A stretch of 64,000 bases of DNA from a virus (lineage: Duplodnaviria > Caudoviricetes). The DNA is taken from positions 91,945 to 155,944 of the IMG/VR virus record IMGVR_UViG_3300043105_000102; one strand, given 5' to 3'. Positions 20,695-30,968 of this stretch are shown one piece after another. The notes beneath the pieces are model-generated. The model saw only the letters and a program-made list of their open reading frames with translations. It ran no database searches and was not told where the DNA came from. The translations under genes and the position numbers were made by a program. Numbering within the stretch: position 1 is the first letter of the stretch; every line of letters starts with the position of its first letter.

Positions 20695-23430
20695 TTAATA
20701 TAGATTTTCGACTGCCTTTGTCGCAGTAACTGACATAGTTCCATTATAAGCCAAAGAGAAGTTTATTCTTGATACGATATATTCTCCATTTATTCCACTA
20801 TTATCATCACGAATAAAAATTCTTACATTAGGTTCAAGGTAATAAACTGGAATCGCAGTAATTGATACCGACTCGGCGCAATAAGCATAATTATATAGTA
20901 AGTTATCCAGTTCATCTTTGGCCGATTTCCCCTGAGTACTTATAGTAAACAGATTCTCAATTGAATCATTCAACTTGACAAAGGTATAACCCGGTTTCAG
21001 CTTCTTTTGGGCAGTAATATCTTCATCACTTGTATCAGGGTCTATAAAGATTACGTCAGGTGTCTCTCTAAAGTAAATAGCCTTTACATCAGAACTATTC
21101 TCTGCTTTTGGCCGCGGCCCTATTCTTGGTACAGAATATTGGGACAAGTCTCCTTCTGTATCCAAAAAGTCAAACCAAAAATTAAGATTTTCTGGAGACT
21201 CTTTTATGCTATTGCTCCAATGACTTTCTTTGTCATATGTTTCAGTTCGTGTATAATAGTCTCTGTCTTTATCATAATTTATCGCAGTAGAGCCTTGTTG
21301 AATATAAAAATAATCCGAAGGAGATTCATTAAAGGCTTCTTGTGTAAGGTCTACCTTTGAGAAAGTTCCGTTAAGATTAAGTATAAAGTATTCTTTTTCC
21401 CCATCAAATTCTTCTGCTTGTTCATACCAATAGTAAGAAGAAGGATTTGCGTTATACTTACTTCGCGTTACATAAGCAACGTCATAAGAATAGGTATCAT
21501 ATATATCGTATAGCTGTCTCCAAAAACCATTTAAGTCAGTATAATATTGTTCATATCCGGTATAACCAGTAGGATAGAAGTCTATGTTATTGGCGGCAAT
21601 GGTTGCGCAGAAATCATCATCGTGCATATGTTTGTTATAGTCTAAAGACATCTGATAAATAATTTCACGCCAATCGCAAACAATCATTTTAGAAGCGTCC
21701 ATTTTTTCCTTAACTTCATCGGTTATATCAGAATCAGGAATTTCGGGATTATAGAAATAAGTTATATAACCATAATCTCTTTTCCAAGCCATCATTTGTG
21801 CGTAAGTATGGCCGCAAACTGTAGGTTCTTTAGTAGAGTCAAAGCCAACTTGCGGGTTATGTCCCAAGAAATACATTGTACCATCAGGCTTAACCGTAAA
21901 CAAGAAAAGAGGTCTTTCTGCTTTCCAAGTACTAGCGCCATCAAAGAGTTTAGCTAAATCTAAATAAGTATATCCCGTCCAGTAAGTATATAAATATCCC
22001 AGAGGTACATTACCAGTTAAATATTCATAATAATTAGCCCAATCTTCAACTTCCCACCAATTATCATCTAATCCTTCGGGAAGAACGGCTGTTCTAAAAG
22101 AATCTCTTGTCACTATATCTGTTCCATTAGTTTCTTCAAACTCTTTGGTAACATAAATTTTTCCGTCATAAGCTCTATAGTAGCTAGGCTTTTTATCTAT
22201 GGCATACCTTAAATGGACTGGCAATTCAGCCCCAGTAGTCGAAGTTCTTGTCCCCCAGATCGAAAAGTCATTGCGCAAACCCAATAAATTCGGGTTATTC
22301 TGAAAAGATGTAATTAAGTTGCCATCCTCAAAGGAATAGGCGCAAGAAGAAGTATAAGCTGCGTTCTCTGGATAAATTTCGTATTCACCATCGGTTGTTA
22401 AATTTGTCCATACCGAACTGACATATGTCTTTTTCCTTTGAAATACAAATTGGCCATCAGTATTATAGAAGTACTCATATTCCCCAAGCATAGAAACAAT
22501 TTTATCTAGCATGGCGGTCACAGACTCTCCAACATTACTAATTAAATCTCCAGCGTAAACCAAATCTGTAATTCTGTATCCTACAACATCTCCGGCCATA
22601 ACTTTACATACAGTATATTCATTCCCGGAGTCATCAACAAATATAGTGGGGGCGGCGTACACTTCTCCATAATCTAAATCTATTCTTTGGTCATATTCCA
22701 TCTTATCAGAATCAGTAATATCAATCTCTTGGCCATCTTTAGTAGTCATGGTGCCGCCAAAACGCATATTAGTAACTAAATCGGCGTTATTGTCAATTAT
22801 TAAATACATGGGCGAAGTCCCTCTATATTCCAATAATTCCAGCCCAACATCATCTAAATCATTTACTATAATATTATGAAAAGGCTCTTTAGCATATTCA
22901 TGAACGGCTTCCTTAATAATTTCTTTTAATAACAAATCTGATGTTGTCTGAGTACCGTCAGAAGCAATCTCTATTAAGTGGCCGAAGTCTACGGTCAAAG
23001 CAGTGATAACGCCACCTACGTCCCCATTCAACAGGCACATCTTATCCTTACCCTGAATTGAAACAGTATAAGAATTAGTAGATTGACTAGTATTAAAAGA
23101 AGAAATAATATATATTCCAAAAGGAATCCAGATAATTTCAGGATATTCACTATTTATCTTATTTTTCATTCCTATGTAGAACTTAAACTTTGTATTTAAG
23201 CCCCAGTAGTAATCATGAATGTTCAACTCTTGGGCGACAAGGGTTATAGAACAAGAACGGCGAACGGCCGAGGTTCCATCAATGTTAATAGAACCCTGAG
23301 TCACTCTTCCTGAGATTTCTTCTATTGGATTTTCATCAAAGTCCATAGAAATAATTTTGGTAAAGATTTCTCTTTCGTTTTGAGAGTCCAATTCTTTTAA
23401 AAAATCTTTATCTAATAAAGGTTTTTTCAT
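20695..23430 (-). CDS. Baseplate hub / Tal-like protein (DUF5048-like N-terminus)
   Basis: N-terminal GSINIDGTSAVRRSCSITL; C-terminal ITAIPVYYLEPN.RIFI.D..SGINGEYIVSRI typical of hub proteins; synteny. Confidence 0.6.
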   Translation of the reverse strand: MKKPLLDKDFLKELDSQNEREIFTKIISMDFDENPIEEISGRVTQGSINIDGTSAVRRSCSITLVAQELNIHDYYWGLNTKFKFYIGMKNKINSEYPEIIWIPFGIYIISSFNTSQSTNSYTVSIQGKDKMCLLNGDVGGVITALTVDFGHLIEIASDGTQTTSDLLLKEIIKEAVHEYAKEPFHNIIVNDLDDVGLELLEYRGTSPMYLIIDNNADLVTNMRFGGTMTTKDGQEIDITDSDKMEYDQRIDLDYGEVYAAPTIFVDDSGNEYTVCKVMAGDVVGYRITDLVYAGDLISNVGESVTAMLDKIVSMLGEYEYFYNTDGQFVFQRKKTYVSSVWTNLTTDGEYEIYPENAAYTSSCAYSFEDGNLITSFQNNPNLLGLRNDFSIWGTRTSTTGAELPVHLRYAIDKKPSYYRAYDGKIYVTKEFEETNGTDIVTRDSFRTAVLPEGLDDNWWEVEDWANYYEYLTGNVPLGYLYTYWTGYTYLDLAKLFDGASTWKAERPLFLFTVKPDGTMYFLGHNPQVGFDSTKEPTVCGHTYAQMMAWKRDYGYITYFYNPEIPDSDITDEVKEKMDASKMIVCDWREIIYQMSLDYNKHMHDDDFCATIAANNIDFYPTGYTGYEQYYTDLNGFWRQLYDIYDTYSYDVAYVTRSKYNANPSSYYWYEQAEEFDGEKEYFILNLNGTFSKVDLTQEAFNESPSDYFYIQQGSTAINYDKDRDYYTRTETYDKESHWSNSIKESPENLNFWFDFLDTEGDLSQYSVPRIGPRPKAENSSDVKAIYFRETPDVIFIDPDTSDEDITAQKKLKPGYTFVKLNDSIENLFTISTQGKSAKDELDNLLYNYAYCAESVSITAIPVYYLEPNVRIFIRDDNSGINGEYIVSRINFSLAYNGTMSVTATKAVENLY

Positions 23431-26030
23431 ATAACGCCAATCTCCTCTCTGTACTCAGCCGCTGCTGTTATTAAAGTACCAATATACTTAGAATAAAGCG
23501 TCTTAATGTCTTGCACTGCGGTTTCAAGATTTTCAACACCATTGGCTCTTTGCTTTAAATATTCTTCTAGTAAACTCAGATAATTACTCTTGGCCTCTGC
23601 GACATAATCTTTATCTTCGAAAGTATATTCAATAACTTGCTTATTATAACTAAGTTCTGTAATAACTCCTCTATAACCAATAATCTTACTTTCTTCTGTA
23701 ATTTCCTCTGTATAATATTTCTCAATTTCATTTAAATTTATCTCTTGGCCATCAATCTCAGCTTTATAAATATTTGTAGAATATTGAAAAAAATCACCAG
23801 TTAAACCGTCTATGGCATAATTGGTGTAGGGGGCATATGCTTCTTCTAAAGCATCAATATAATATTGTTCATTTTGTACATCGGAATAGCTATAATCTTT
23901 TCTTCTAAGACGTATTCTATAAATTGCATAATCATCTAGCTTGGTTATATCAATAGGATTAGTGCAGTCCATATCGTAGTAATAGTTGTATTTATCGGCT
24001 TGAGACAAGGCAAAACTATCAGAATCTACAAAAATTACAATAGTATCTCTTTTAAAGAATCTTACAAAAACAGCATTAGAAATTCTTTCTCTAATATTTG
24101 TCATAAGAGTAAAGAAATCATAAATTTTAAGCTTGGTATCCCAATAGGAATTTCCAATAAATTGCTGTAGCGGCACATCTTCTTCTTCAAAACTACGAAT
24201 GGCGCCAAAAACACTATTAGTATAAGGTGTTGTGGTCTTATAACTATAAGTACAAAGGCCAGAGCTATATGGAGCTTCTATTTTAACATAGACATTTTCT
24301 ATTGGCTCTGCGGTTTCATAATAATAGCTGCCGGTCGCCCCTATTAAAATAGTATTATCTTCATCGGTATCCAACCTAATCTGTGTTCCCGGACGAGCAT
24401 CCGTAAAGTACACAGAATAGGCTGGATATTTGTTAATCTTTATCCAATTTTTTTTTTCATCGCTGGCATCATAAGTGTAATCTGCTAAATCCACTGTAAG
24501 CCAACGAGTTTGTACTGTTAATTTTTCTTCTGGGTTAATAAACCCATAGCGCTCAAGATTATCAAAATTAAATTCGGCAATTTCATAAGCCGTACAAGTA
24601 AAGGTATGCAGCATTCTCCCCACTGTATCATTGGGTGACATGGAAACATTCATTATACGAACTATGAAATTTCCTTCTGTTGGAGACTTAAATATCTTTG
24701 CTTCTCCATTAGTCAACCAATCAAGAACTTCTGATTTAAAGAGTCTTTCGGCAATAATATTCTCGCTTGTTAGGTTGACTCCTTCGGGATTACCAAGCTC
24801 TTCTTTGGACATAAACAATTCGCTCTCGTCCATATGATAAGAGATTAAGCCAGAAATGGCGAACTCCTTATAGTTTACATTACCATTCCTTGAAATTATA
24901 GGATATTTACTTCCTATTGTCTCGGTCTTTGTTTCCAATAGGTCATTCTTAAAAGTGGAAACTTTAGGATTAAATCTTACCTTTAATTGGCGTTCCCCAT
25001 CATAAAGAAAAACATCTTCAAAATCCGCAAAAACTTCATTTGAGACTATTCTATTGGAATAGACACCATTTATATTATATTGTTGAATAGAATATTTATA
25101 TCTGACGCCTTGCTCAATAGTGCAATCCATAAGACTCCAAGTACTGGGTTTAGCCGACTGCATATCAAAGCGACATAATTCTTCCCACAAATATTCATTG
25201 AAATTACTAGCTCTAGAAATTAAGAAAGTTCCAGTCATTGGGGAATCTGATTCATCTTCAAATCTTAAAGTTACATATCCGTTATCGTAATTCGATTTAG
25301 CTACCAACTTAGCGGTAATATCAGAATCAATTGAACGTCTTTGGGAAATACGATAACGCCCTGAACTAACAACCATATTATTAGTAGTAGTTACCACAAA
25401 ACAGATATAATAAATCTTATCTAATTCTAAGTCTTGGGAAAGTTGAAACTGCTCATGGGATTCATAAGATAAATCATCAGAAGAAGTATTATGTAAAATA
25501 TCTCCACTATCAGCTATTACATTGTTTTCTTCATCGTAGACATAAAAACGACTTGAATACATTTTTTCAGTGGCGTCTTTCTTAACCTTTTGGCCTTGAC
25601 CTATCACGGCATAACCATTTTGACTATAAACGCCAGTATAACTATAAATATGCGGATTACGTTCTCCGGCTATTAAATTATCAATTTTAACAGTTGGACA
25701 AGTTGTGTATTTAATTACTCCTATTGTGGAGTAATATCCTACTGTATCAGACTTATCTATATAAGCAATTTGAACCTTATAATATTGTCCAAGTACAAAA
25801 TCCATATCAGAAACATCAAAAGTAACCTCAGATTCAGAGTATTCCGATGATTCTATTAAACCTTTATATACTCCACTAACTGTTTTTACTTTCAAAGCAA
25901 AACTTTTTACTTCATTAATACCAACAGCTTTGTTCATAGAAAAGGGAACTACTATCTTAGCAGTTCCCTCCGAGTTCTTATAAAAGGCTGGAATTGTACC
26001 ATTTATATTAGGAGGATACAATTTAGCCAT
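23427..26030 (-). CDS. Distal-tail (Dit)-like baseplate protein with extra beta-sandwich domains
   Basis: Central tube-like segment (KTETIGSKYP...EVLDWLTNGEAKIFKSPTEGN.IV); ATGA overlap with the next gene. Confidence 0.55.
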   Translation of the reverse strand: MAKLYPPNINGTIPAFYKNSEGTAKIVVPFSMNKAVGINEVKSFALKVKTVSGVYKGLIESSEYSESEVTFDVSDMDFVLGQYYKVQIAYIDKSDTVGYYSTIGVIKYTTCPTVKIDNLIAGERNPHIYSYTGVYSQNGYAVIGQGQKVKKDATEKMYSSRFYVYDEENNVIADSGDILHNTSSDDLSYESHEQFQLSQDLELDKIYYICFVVTTTNNMVVSSGRYRISQRRSIDSDITAKLVAKSNYDNGYVTLRFEDESDSPMTGTFLISRASNFNEYLWEELCRFDMQSAKPSTWSLMDCTIEQGVRYKYSIQQYNINGVYSNRIVSNEVFADFEDVFLYDGERQLKVRFNPKVSTFKNDLLETKTETIGSKYPIISRNGNVNYKEFAISGLISYHMDESELFMSKEELGNPEGVNLTSENIIAERLFKSEVLDWLTNGEAKIFKSPTEGNFIVRIMNVSMSPNDTVGRMLHTFTCTAYEIAEFNFDNLERYGFINPEEKLTVQTRWLTVDLADYTYDASDEKKNWIKINKYPAYSVYFTDARPGTQIRLDTDEDNTILIGATGSYYYETAEPIENVYVKIEAPYSSGLCTYSYKTTTPYTNSVFGAIRSFEEEDVPLQQFIGNSYWDTKLKIYDFFTLMTNIRERISNAVFVRFFKRDTIVIFVDSDSFALSQADKYNYYYDMDCTNPIDITKLDDYAIYRIRLRRKDYSYSDVQNEQYYIDALEEAYAPYTNYAIDGLTGDFFQYSTNIYKAEIDGQEINLNEIEKYYTEEITEESKIIGYRGVITELSYNKQVIEYTFEDKDYVAEAKSNYLSLLEEYLKQRANGVENLETAVQDIKTLYSKYIGTLITAAAEYREEIGVI

Positions 26031-26035
26031 TTTAA

Positions 26036-26422
26036 TTACTCCTCTTCTTCTTTAATCATGAAGGAAATTGCATTAACTTGACTTGTAGAAAGGTCAATAC
26101 TATCAAACCAATCCAACTCAAGCAGATTTACTTTTACCTCTTGCTCAAGCTCAAACAAATCAGTAATTTCCTTATTGACTGTATCAATTACATCTTCGTC
26201 AAAATGATACTGCTGAGTCTCTTCATCCTTAGTACCATACTTATCAAAAATCTCAAGACGAGTCTTTTCAATATCCTGAGCAATATCGACAACTGTCTTA
26301 ATATTTTTCTGTAAATAAAAGTTTATCTTAACAGGAAGATTCAAATCATCGCTAAAACTCTCAAGAAGAGAATTTGCCGTATTATAAATCTCCATATTTT
26401 TCATTGTCTTTCTAATAATCAT
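26036..26422 (-). CDS. Hypothetical protein, DUF1617-like (128 aa)
   Basis: LPVKINFYLQKNIK...EKTRLEIFDKYG pattern; RBS present. Confidence 0.6.
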   Translation of the reverse strand: MIIRKTMKNMEIYNTANSLLESFSDDLNLPVKINFYLQKNIKTVVDIAQDIEKTRLEIFDKYGTKDEETQQYHFDEDVIDTVNKEITDLFELEQEVKVNLLELDWFDSIDLSTSQVNAISFMIKEEEE

Positions 26423-26440
26423 ATTCCTTTTTCTCCTTTT

Positions 26441-29400
26441 TTAATTTGTAGATGATGATGTAAAAATCCCGTTAATAAAATGCAACGTTACCGTTCCATC
26501 AGTAGTTGGTATTTCTACATCTTTAGTGCCTCCATAAGACATTATTCCGCCAGAACTTACCGCGTAGTTTCCAATAAAATAATAATTGCCATTAACGATT
26601 ATACTACCATTCTTAAATGTAGCACCGCCATCACAAAGTAAACCATCAACAACGAGCATACCATTAATACCAAGGGACTTATAAGTATCACTATAGGTCA
26701 TTTTCGTTTGTCCAAGAGAAATTACGCCACTACCAAAAGTAAGATTTCCATAACTCATATTACCGGTTTCAGTGTTAATTTCAAAACCGCCAATTTTTCC
26801 AGCAGTAGCTGTTAATTTGCCTTCACTATTTACTTGAAATACTCCATTAGCGACGCTTAGACCATTAGTTCCTAGATAAATCCCACTTCCACCAAAATCT
26901 TTGTCCTTAGTGTACAGAGCACTACTACCAATAGTAAAACCGCCAATTTTTCCACCAGTAGCTGTCAGGTTATCACAAGTCACAGCTCCACTCCATGAAA
27001 CTTTAAAATCATTACCGCCATCACTAGTATCTTGTATCCGTAAAGGAAACTCACTAGCACCGCTATTAATTAAAATAGACTTGTTCGTGTTACTACTATT
27101 AAAAGCCTTTATCATAAAATCATACGCAGTCAATTTACCTGTAGCTAAATCAAATCTTAATCCAGTACCAGCGCTTGCATCATAATCTGCTGACTGTAAT
27201 AAGTAACTTGAAACTTCCTTACCACTACTATTTTCATATGTTCCAACTTCAAATAAAATTTTTCCTTTATGCCTTATCGTGAAATAAGGTTCACCAGATA
27301 AACTGGAAAGTCTTACATAACTATTATTTACGTTATTACCGCTACTATCTTTTTCCCAATCTTTTGTCCAAGAAGAACGCATATAAAGACGTCCTTTTGC
27401 AAGGTCGAGCAGAGTTCCAGAGGTTCCATCAGCCCAGTTCTGAGAACGTAATGCAAAAGCTGTCTTTGTAATATTTATTAAATCTACCGAAGCTTCTGTA
27501 CTGCTATCTTCGTAATGAATTTTAAAATAAGGATTACCATTACTGTTTAATGAAATATAAGAACCCTTATGAGAATCACCTTCAGTACTGTTAGTTGCTT
27601 GAATAGAAAAATTATAAGCAGTTAATTTACCTGTAGCTAAATTAAAATTAACCCCTGAAGAACCACTTTCATAATCATCAGATTGCAAAAAATAACTATC
27701 TGAACCAACTTTAAACAATGGATTACCAGCTTTACTCTGTACTAAAAAGTAAATCTTATTTTCATCTTCGGTTCCATCTTCATTTGTACGTTTGCAAGGG
27801 TCTATTAAAATTCTTGCTTGTGTCGTAGTACCTTGTGTTGTAGTATATTTCTCACTTCTGGTATCAATAATACCATCATCTAAATCTATTTTCATGCCAC
27901 CATCAGAGCCACTAGTTCCCCAAGCGCTACTTTTAATAACACCAGTATTACCATCTATAAGAATTTGGCCTTTACCTGATTTCCCGAAGAAAGCAGTACC
28001 ATCAACTTTTAGACCAAAACTTTGAACACCTTCATGATAACCATATAGTCCAATTTTCTTAACCGCAGAGTCACCACTCCCTGTAGCTACATCACCCATC
28101 AGAACGCCATGGAACCTATTTTGGTTATCTTTATAGCCAGCTCCTACCATCGTTGATAAGATTGTACCATTTTTTTCATCTAAAGTCAAACTTCCATCCC
28201 AACTATTTATTGCGGAAGAAGCATAAGAATCTTGATAAATTCGAATAGGTTGCGTCCATACAAGGCTATCTCCAAGATAACCATTAACTGCAATTTGTAC
28301 CCCGTTATCTTGCAGGAACATAGAAGGAACAGTCAGTGTTCCTCCTTCTGATACTTGTGGATAATAATTCGTGCTAGTTATTGCAACGCCATCTTCTGTT
28401 CCTTGAGTATCATCGCCATAGGCCATTTTCCAAGTAATATCAGAAACTTCTTTAGTCCTATTATTTTCAAAAGTATAAAGCTTATAAGAGTCTTGGTAGT
28501 ATTGGGGGCTAGTGCCAGCGGTATTATACACAATTTTGGTCGCACCATCAAAAGCTGTATATGTATCATCTAACTTTACGGGTATGCACAAAAAGGCTGT
28601 CAGGTTAGTAGTCGTATCAGCAATGCCCGTATCAACTTCACTAATCATGCCTCGTAAGATGTAGAATTGACAATTTAAAAAATTTGTGGTATTATTTACC
28701 CATAAAGAGCAATCATTTCCGTTCTGTTCTTTCTCTATTCCGCCTTTCCCTTCACTATACCAATCATAACTAAATCTATCACTTTCAAATTCATCTGTAA
28801 TATCTTTCTTTTCATAATTATATATATGAGGAATAACTTTAACTTTATCTTTACTACTAAAATTTAAGGCGTTTACTTTATCTTCAAACTCTAGAGTAAA
28901 AGTATAATTAGTTCCATTAGAACCACTAGGGCCAAAAGATAAAGTATAAGAAGCTTCATAAGTAATATTATTTTTAATTACTTGACAATATACTGTATTA
29001 TTTATAGCGGTTTGACTATAATATTTCTTTATATGAAAATATTGTTCAGCATCTGTAGCTATTTCATCACCAGCACTACGATCTTCGCTTATACTAATAC
29101 CTGTTCTTATAATATTTAAATAGCCGGAATCTATATACGCTTCATTACTATTATAATCTTTACCTTCTACTAATTCAATCATAGTATTTTGTAAAGGAAT
29201 TTTCCAAGTAATTTGTTCAGCAGTATCTAATCTATCATCACCAGTAATTAGAGAACTATACTTAGCACTTAAAATCCTTTGCTTAGTATTTTCAGCAGAA
29301 CTCATTATTTCTCCAGTATCACTATAAATGCAATAGATACCGTTATACCCATCTTCGTCACAAACTATAGATAAACCACGAATTAAATCTATTGTAGCTT

Positions 29401-30844
29401 GATTAGCTACTTCTCTTTCATTATCTAATTCAAGAATATCACTATAATAATAATTGACTTGACCATAATATTCAGACAATATACTATTTATATTATTATA
29501 AAGTTCAATATCTTCTTCTTTTTCTGAGCCTTTTAGTTCTATAAGTTTATCTTGGGCTGCTTTAAGAATCTTACTATTAACTCCTAATAGACTAGCAAGT
29601 TCTTCATCATCTTCAATAGTACCTTCAATATATTCTCTTGAAGGATATTCAATAATTACTTTTATTTTCTCATATTGTAATGAAATATCAGGGGAAAATT
29701 TTTCTATCTCAAATATATTTTCACTATTTGTATCTGTAATTTCTTGCCAAAAGGCGCCAGCTAATTCATCACTTATGTCCTCTTTTAATACATATCTATA
29801 CCAATGAAGCTTTCCTTCTTTTGGCATATCAGTTATCGTATAAAAAGAAGAAGTATCACTATCCTGATGAATCCATCTTACTTGTAAATGTTTATAGTTA
29901 TTTTCTTCTAAAGCTTTAATACCTGTATCTTTACCTTCGCCGGTTAAAAAAGGCGCATAGGTTTCAGAATCTAAAGTATACAATAAAACCCTATCTTCAT
30001 CAAAATCATTCAAGTCATACCCTAAACTAATATAGACGTTAGCCGCAAAGATATTAGCAAATAATTCTTTCATATTATCTTCTATTCCTTCTGGATAGCT
30101 TGAAATAAGACCAGAATTATTTACAAAATCATTTTTTTGATAAAGAACTAGTGACATTTGAGTAATTTGTGTAATATTTGAAATATCAAAAACCAATTCT
30201 TGACTATAATAAGTTTCAAAATTATAAGGGTCGCCATACATATCACTTGAATCTAAATAATAAGAATATCTAATATATTCTGATTCAGTTTGAGAAGTTT
30301 GCGGTTCCTCACTAATAATATCTAAGCGTAATCCATAAGAACCAGATAAAAGATTAAAAGAAGATAATCTAGTTTTAAAATCGGCGCGAAGCCCTAATCT
30401 ATCGTACCCTTTGGCGTTAGAAATATCATTTTTACTCCAAATAACTTTTTCTTTAGAGTCATTGGCTATAAGCCATTGTTCCTTTAAAGAATCCGTTATC
30501 AAATTTTTAGTAATATCTACATAGCTATCCATAGGGGGAGTGTAGGTATAGTATTCGGTATTATCTTGAGTATACTTCCCTATAATTATCTTCTGATTGT
30601 TATAATCGCCGCCCGGTATTGTTACATACACATGGGTTCCAGAATTATAGCTTGTATTTTCGGAATAAGCTCTAAAGGTTATGCTTCCATCATCGACTAC
30701 ATACTCGCCCTTTTCCTTATTGGAATCATCGGTTATTTCACAAACAATGGTTTTATCAAAAGAAACTTTTTGGACTTCTTTTTCTGCTACTATTTGGATA
30801 GCGCCCAAAATATCTTCCATTACTTGGTTATAATCTTTGGCCAT
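26441..30844 (-). CDS. Large tail protein, probable central spike/fibre (1467 aa)
   Basis: Directly after the TMP. N-terminal OB-fold-like segment; C-terminal beta-repeats (LQSxDY...FxLATGKLTAY twice, ATxGKIGGF twice); ends LHFINGIF. Confidence 0.65.
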   Translation of the reverse strand: MAKDYNQVMEDILGAIQIVAEKEVQKVSFDKTIVCEITDDSNKEKGEYVVDDGSITFRAYSENTSYNSGTHVYVTIPGGDYNNQKIIIGKYTQDNTEYYTYTPPMDSYVDITKNLITDSLKEQWLIANDSKEKVIWSKNDISNAKGYDRLGLRADFKTRLSSFNLLSGSYGLRLDIISEEPQTSQTESEYIRYSYYLDSSDMYGDPYNFETYYSQELVFDISNITQITQMSLVLYQKNDFVNNSGLISSYPEGIEDNMKELFANIFAANVYISLGYDLNDFDEDRVLLYTLDSETYAPFLTGEGKDTGIKALEENNYKHLQVRWIHQDSDTSSFYTITDMPKEGKLHWYRYVLKEDISDELAGAFWQEITDTNSENIFEIEKFSPDISLQYEKIKVIIEYPSREYIEGTIEDDEELASLLGVNSKILKAAQDKLIELKGSEKEEDIELYNNINSILSEYYGQVNYYYSDILELDNEREVANQATIDLIRGLSIVCDEDGYNGIYCIYSDTGEIMSSAENTKQRILSAKYSSLITGDDRLDTAEQITWKIPLQNTMIELVEGKDYNSNEAYIDSGYLNIIRTGISISEDRSAGDEIATDAEQYFHIKKYYSQTAINNTVYCQVIKNNITYEASYTLSFGPSGSNGTNYTFTLEFEDKVNALNFSSKDKVKVIPHIYNYEKKDITDEFESDRFSYDWYSEGKGGIEKEQNGNDCSLWVNNTTNFLNCQFYILRGMISEVDTGIADTTTNLTAFLCIPVKLDDTYTAFDGATKIVYNTAGTSPQYYQDSYKLYTFENNRTKEVSDITWKMAYGDDTQGTEDGVAITSTNYYPQVSEGGTLTVPSMFLQDNGVQIAVNGYLGDSLVWTQPIRIYQDSYASSAINSWDGSLTLDEKNGTILSTMVGAGYKDNQNRFHGVLMGDVATGSGDSAVKKIGLYGYHEGVQSFGLKVDGTAFFGKSGKGQILIDGNTGVIKSSAWGTSGSDGGMKIDLDDGIIDTRSEKYTTTQGTTTQARILIDPCKRTNEDGTEDENKIYFLVQSKAGNPLFKVGSDSYFLQSDDYESGSSGVNFNLATGKLTAYNFSIQATNSTEGDSHKGSYISLNSNGNPYFKIHYEDSSTEASVDLINITKTAFALRSQNWADGTSGTLLDLAKGRLYMRSSWTKDWEKDSSGNNVNNSYVRLSSLSGEPYFTIRHKGKILFEVGTYENSSGKEVSSYLLQSADYDASAGTGLRFDLATGKLTAYDFMIKAFNSSNTNKSILINSGASEFPLRIQDTSDGGNDFKVSWSGAVTCDNLTATGGKIGGFTIGSSALYTKDKDFGGSGIYLGTNGLSVANGVFQVNSEGKLTATAGKIGGFEINTETGNMSYGNLTFGSGVISLGQTKMTYSDTYKSLGINGMLVVDGLLCDGGATFKNGSIIVNGNYYFIGNYAVSSGGIMSYGGTKDVEIPTTDGTVTLHFINGIFTSSSTN

Positions 30845-30900
30845 ATAGAAACCTCCTTTTTCTCACTAATCTCTATAAGAAACTAAAAATTCCTAGAAAT

Positions 30901-30929
30901 ATTTTACCACTAATTGTCCAAAAAGTCAA
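30901..30929 (-). promoter_or_regulatory. sigma-A-like promoter overlapping a late-motif copy
   Basis: TTGACT-N17-TAAAAT with TG extension. Confidence 0.55.
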
Positions 30930-30930
30930 G

Positions 30931-30959
30931 AAAAGGGATGGATAAAAAATCCATCCCTT
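30931..30959 (-). terminator. Terminator after tape measure gene
   Basis: AAGGGATGGAT-TTTTT-ATCCATCCCTTTTCTT. Confidence 0.7.
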
Positions 30960-30968
30960 AAAATTTTT

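Noticed and set aside
1-30844. Diversity-generating retroelement acting on fibre genes
   Set aside because: No reverse transcriptase and no TR/VR pair seen in this window.
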